Shown: piece by piece, positions 58,518 through 64,000 of the stretch
Position numbering within the stretch: the stretch's first letter is position 1
Layout of the letters: every line of letters starts with the position of its first letter
NCBI RefSeq assembly: GCF_902459465.1
Contig: NC_047062.1
Location: forward strand, 17,236,001-17,300,000
Direction: 5' to 3'
DNA length: 64,000 nt
From: Asterias rubens
Lineage: Eukaryota
Notes under the pieces: model-generated
Seen by the model: only the letters and a program-made list of their open reading frames with translations
What the model was told of the DNA's origin: nothing
The model's database searches: none
Program-made: the position numbers and the translations under genes

Positions 58518-60340
58518 ACGAAGGTCGTAAGTTTGATTTGTTTTCTTGAGAAAAAAACACCATTGCACATGCCGCCATCATCGCTGAGGTCAAATAATGG
58601 AACCCGCGCGCAATTTTGTTTTCCCTGTACATCCAAATTGCCATCTCAAACATTTTCCTTAATGATGTTTTTTTTAGAATTCCCTTTTTGAATCGATTTA
58701 GAAAAAGAAGAAAAAATCCCCATTGAAAAGCACTACGACAGTGGGAATTTTTATTTTCAGAAAAAAATGCAACCCGTGCATGCATCCGCGCCACACACAA
58801 CCCTCGTCCAATGAAACGAGAATTGAGCTTTTGACGTCATTAGGTGTGGTCAATTTCATGACACTGATGGTCGGCTGTTGTGTATCAGACTTATCATGAA
58901 TACAGTATTCTAGAAACTAATAAAGTATCAAAACCTGAGCTCACCTTTTCGGAAAAGAAAAACAATGCGAAACTCTGTTAGCAGTAACCGGAATGTTTGC
59001 GGGGTATCAAAGGTGTGGTTCGCAGAATGTTAGAGATTGAAGGCATCGAAAGCAATAGCGTTCGAATTCAGACTTTCTGTCATACTTATTCAAAATAATA
59101 AAACTAAAACAATGTTCAGTCGTAGCAATTTTGCAACACCAATTGTCATTTCTCAGTGATGATTGCTTTTGTTTCGTTCATAAAATAGTGTGATACGAAG
59201 TAATGAAAGTGACTTTGCAATTCACTAACCCAAACACATTCGCTAAAAAGTGTGTAATGATTACAACGAAATCATTGTTTATGACATATGGAGAAGATGG
59301 TATGGGTTCGTACCTTATATGGCCATTTTGATATACATTGTACATTGCAAAAACTGGGGTGTTAAATTGACACCATGGGTGTTGTCACACATAGCCACAT
59401 AAAAAAATTATACAGGAAGTAAAATAACACATCCATGATGTCAATTTCAACACCCTTCCAGATCTTCAAACCAACTCGAACACTAAACCGATGCTGTAAA
59501 TAGTCTGGCTCCTATCACAAAAAGTTTTTTATTTATTTATTCAATTCATGACAGAAGTTGTACAAGTTTACCCCTCTCTTTGGACGTTTATTGACCTCTG
59601 GAAACAAAGTCACTGAAGTTTTGCATAATTTATAGAGCACCTTGATCGGCTGTTCAGACCAGGGCCAAACTTCATAAAGCTGGTAAGCAGGGAAACAAAT
59701 GCTTGATAAATTTCTTTGCTTAGCAAAACAAAATAGTGGGGCAACAGTCACAGCGATGAAATTAGGTAATTTTGGCTGGTACCTTACTATACCAACACAA
59801 ACAAATCATAGAGTTGCTAGTAAGCGTATTTTATAATTCTTTTGGACACATTGACTTTCAAGCTTATCCCATTTTTATCTTAAGACTATTTTCTGCTTTT
59901 CCCCCAGAATTCTTTCGAGCGTTTCTCTTACAATATTGTCCCTTATATAGGAAACTCATAGCTTTAAGAAATAACAAATAAACAAACAAAAAAAACATTG
60001 AGAATTTTAAAGGCTACTATTTTGAAAGTCTCTTTTTAATTTGGTTCTCTGGAAAACGAATCATGATGTCTAATCTTGCAGACTCATTTAATTGACTACC
60101 AATAAACGGTTAGCTTCCTGTCCCTTCCGGCCAATGCAAGCCGATATTGCATTTTACTTTAACTGAACTGCACCCTTTTGTCGATGTCGTCATTTTCTGT
60201 TGAAATGTTTTGGATTTTTTTTTCTCACGGTGGTCTAATATTGTGTGGTTTTCCATTCCAACGGATGTATTATGTCCATGGTTATACTGAGATTTCTTTC
60301 AAATAAATGCAAGATATTTTGGGGTATTTTTTTATTTTCT

Positions 60341-60342
60341 AT

Positions 60343-60373
<31 letters not shown>

Positions 60374-62360
60374 TTTTTTTATATTTTTTTTATCTATTGA
60401 TGTGGAGTTATATTACTCCGTTTATTCAACATTCATCAGCAAAGGCATACATCAAATAAACACACTATCAAAAGACACTCCAGTAAATACTTCTAAAATA
60501 TAACAGGCACAGTAAGTAACAGAAGCTCAGAAAATAACAATAATAAACAATAAACAAAATAATTATATAGTTAAATGAATACCGTCTATTATATACAAAT
60601 ATCTACAATTTAGCGTGACTCGGGAATCACGTGGTTCGGGAAAAAAAACAATACTGACAACAACAAAAAACAAAAATTAGAAAAACATGATCATATGGGA
60701 CAAAGGAATAACTTGGCCCTTGTAAAAACAGGCAATTAGTAATTAAACTGACTTCGTCCTTAGTGGTGAAACACAAAGCATTGTTCCTAGTATAGCAATT
60801 TTTGAATGATTCTGGTTTTAACCTGTTCTTTTCCATTCGAAGAAAATATTTCAAAGATATTTTAACTGTGAGATGATGTCGATTTCTGCTGGTCTGGAAT
60901 AACTATTAAACACCTTTTTGCATCGAATATTCCAGATCAGCCTAAGCAATTTAGCAACAACGATGGCCTGAACTGGTTTTAGAGCATATCCAAGAATTCT
61001 GTTAGAGTCGTTTAAATAAAAATGTTTGTTACCTGTATATTTGCTAAGCAATCTTTCTACAAAAATCCAAGCATCCAATGTGTGAGAACAGTAAATGAAA
61101 ATATGCTCATGAGTTTCTCTTTCTACATTACAGAGCGGGCAAGATTCTTCTCTAACAATACCAATTTTAAGCAAAACATCTTTAGTTGGTAAAATTCTGT
61201 GTCTAAGTTTGTACATGAATTGCTTATCATCAGGATCCATTAAGTAGTTCTTAAAATCGCTGATCCATATCGCAGACCAATCAAGATCTTGACTAATACT
61301 GAATATTTTTTTGCCAAATTGGTTGAACTCTAGGAACGACAGTTTTTTTCCTAATCAGGTTGCCGAAGTTGGTCTTGGCTTTAGTTAAATACATCGGAGC
61401 AGACTCCTCTCCGTTATGATCTTTGATGACTAACCAATTACATAAAGGAGTAGCTGGAACTTCTCTTTTTTCTTCAACAAGGTTATAATCCACATGATGC
61501 TTAAGGCGACCTAGCATTCTACCGGCATTAATATTACGTAATGCACACATTTCAGCAATTTCTTTAGAAGAGATCAGTTTACCCTGTTTCACAATATGTT
61601 TTATCCTGTTAATACCAAAAGAGTTAAGCAAGGTACTACCAAAAGTGACGTTGTCCTTGGTGACGCTAACATTATTCCACAAAGGCATTTCTCTTGTTTC
61701 TAAAACACTAGAATGTTTACAATCCATAATACCTCCTGCTTTATCAAAGGCATCGATCACATCCAATATAAAAGGACGTGGTTTTCAGAGCTTTTTTTCT
61801 GATTGGCAAATATATACCATTCCAAGTGATCACTGGCGCTAGCTTTATTAATCCCAATAGTCAAAGAAATATTTCCATTTCCCTTGAGATGAGGGGTAGC
61901 GAGCTAGCCAGTTTAATTTGAGGCTCATTAATTTGCAGTTAATGTCAACAAGACCCATTCCACCCGAGTCTTTTGGACCAATGATGGTAGCCCTCTTAAT
62001 TTTTTCGATTTTACCATCCCAAAAGAAATTCCAGATCATACTATTCATCTTTTTCACGGTTTCCTCGGGACAGGTTAACACGCTGCCAAGGTAATTAATA
62101 CACGGCCCAATCAAAATATTTACAATAACAGACTTGCCATGATAGGTGAGATTACGTTTAGACCATTTATCTAAAGTACTACGGATTTGTGTAATTCTCG
62201 GACCCCAGTTGTCATTTGGTACGACATCATTCCCAAATATAATCCCAAGGATTTTAAGCTTATCACACCATTGGAAGTTACAAGGTTTGTCGACTCTACC
62301 CGTCCACTTACCAAGCCACATGCCTTTGGACTTGTCTACATTGAGTTTAGACCCGCTTCC
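60341..62360 (-). mobile_element. 5'-truncated, frameshifted non-LTR retrotransposon (L1/Tx1-like ORF2 C-terminal part)
   Basis: Pieces 62321-61848, 61766-61293 and 61240-60851 read KLNVDKSKGMWLG, KILGIIFG, WSKRNLTYHGKSVIVN, FFWDGK...GGMGLVD and the Zn-knuckle CPLC-x5-ETHEHIFIYC. Followed by a ~500-bp 3'UTR and a (TAAA)n tail. Confidence 0.88.
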
Positions 62361-63034
62361 CTTCCGCTTCCCTTTTTTGGGGGGGTGGGGGTATTTTAGT
62401 TGCAGGGTGCGGGAGTCACTGCCGATGAAAAAGTCTAAAACCGAGATCCAGATCTTAGGAGGTACATTAAAATAATGGCATTTCTAACTTATGATCACCC
62501 AATAGTGTTTTATATTTCCAAAGAGCTTCGACGGGAACAGTACCATATAGCACATGAGAAGTGGATCAACAAGCATGACTTGTCATTATTATTCTATTTG
62601 GAGAGACCATATACCACGATACTATTTCCAGTGTGTATTTACCAGGCAGAATTTGAAACGTCTGAATTCAGATAAAAGTTGCAAAATATTTCCATCCCTA
62701 AAATTTCCCATGCCTATAATTACCAGGTTTAATTACTTCCAGTTCTGTCCGGCAAAGACGGCAAAGACGGTGATTTATTTTTTTTTCCTCATGAAATTGG
62801 GGCATGATCTTATATTGTGGTTTTCCATCCGTGATGACCGAGGGGCATGACTCAGTAGGCCTGTTTGGTTTTGACTCATTGCGTGTCTGGCTGGCAGAGA
62901 GGTCCATTTCACCGGATCCAAAGCTCTGTTGTTGTTTTTGTTGTTATTGTGCATATGGTCTAATCCTGTCCTGACACAAATTTACATTGTTGCGACTGGT
63001 GCCCCACTCGTTTTTTGCTTAGCTAAGATACTGG

Positions 63035-63663
63035 TTAAAGGCACTGGACACTATTTATTGGTAGTTACTCAAAATCATTTTTGTTATACAAACTTTCTTG
63101 GTAACGAGCAATGGGAGCTATTGATAGTATACAAATTGTGAGAAACGGCTCCCTCTGAAGTAGCGTGGTATTTGAGAAAGAAGTAATTTCCCACTAAAAT
63201 ATTTGAATTAAATTCGAGACCTCAGCTGAGGTCTCGAAATCAAGCATCTTAAAGCACACAACTTGTGTGACAAGGGTTATTTTTCTTCGATTATTATCTC
63301 GCAAATTCGACGATTTGAGCTCAAATTTTCACACTGGCATGTGTGTTATTTTATGCAAATGTTTTGTTTTAGTTTTAGTTTTATTAAACTTTACACTGGC
63401 ATAAAAATGTAAATATACAAGACGATACATATAGAGACAATGTACCAAAAAGCTTAAAAATACCAAGCCAGTGAGTGGCGAGGAGGAACAGGTGACCAGC
63501 ACCTCTACAAAGCCGTCCTGCCACAAAGGATGTCCCCTGAAACCCACCCCATCCCAAAACATAAAAAAAATAATAAAAAAAAATAAAACGCTTAAAGGCT
63601 TGAGATACACCAAGTGAGAAGACTGGTCTTTGACTACCAAAGGTATCAAGCCAGTGCTTTTAA
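63035..63663. mobile_element. Kolobok/T2-like MITE interrupted by a ~240-bp insertion (about 63364-63600)
   Basis: Both termini present; the consensus atatgt|tgagatacacc is split by unrelated sequence. Confidence 0.75.
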
Positions 63664-64000
63664 GTTGTATTTTCGGCTGACAGCTTTATGAAATTGGGCC
63701 AAGGTAAATTGAGGAAATCTCCCCGTGTGATGAGGAAGGAAGTGAAAATGCTTGGGTGTGCATCAAATGTTTGCAAATACACTTGTTACAGATTTTTACA
63801 AATGAAGGGAAAGGAAGTGAAAACTGTTTAACTCAAACTACCAGACAGCTATACAATAGTTATAATTTCATCAAGCTGTTGAGCAGAATATAAGCAAAAT
63901 CACCTATGGCGCAGCCATGTGAACTGTGGGGTTTTTCGGCTGGCAACCTATTTCTGTTAAGCAAGATTTTTCTGTTGGTAGAATCTGTCCCATGATATGT

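Noticed and set aside
60627-60854. 75-aa ORF overlapping the end of the LINE
   Set aside because: It lies in the LINE 3'UTR, has low complexity and shows no domain signature.

Overview
Animal (metazoan) genomic DNA, AT-rich, with spliceosomal introns and a 180-N gap (234-413). A marine invertebrate such as an echinoderm is my inference, not something the sequence proves. All exon models below were spliced by hand from GT-AG sites and frame continuity. Gene content from left to right: (1) a tandem array of four two-exon two-pore-domain K+ channel (K2P/KCNK) genes on + (1-19.5 kb). Two have canonical first-pore filters (TIGYG) and two are atypical (TIGHG with a KcsA-E71-like Glu; TCGYG). (2) A 10-exon F-box/LRR gene on -. 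(3) A divergently transcribed 7-exon TFB2M-like gene on +. (4) A 13/14-exon secreted di-cysteine-repeat (galaxin-like) gene of about 1,260-1,270 aa on -. (5) A 5'-truncated, frameshifted Tx1/L1-like LINE. The non-coding space is dense in MITEs (TTAA-flanked Kolobok/T2-like, TAA-flanked PIF/Harbinger-like), SINEs and minisatellites. The most interesting signals are: a candidate Na+-permeable K2P (TCGYG); a minimal hammerhead-ribozyme repeat family, one TSD-flanked copy of which starts at the predicted self-cleavage site; and a 258-bp tRNA-mimic repeat inserted with 13-14 bp TSDs as 1.0, 1.15 and about 2.6 units, which implies a multimeric or circular RNA template. No CRISPR, rRNA or bona fide tRNA gene was found.
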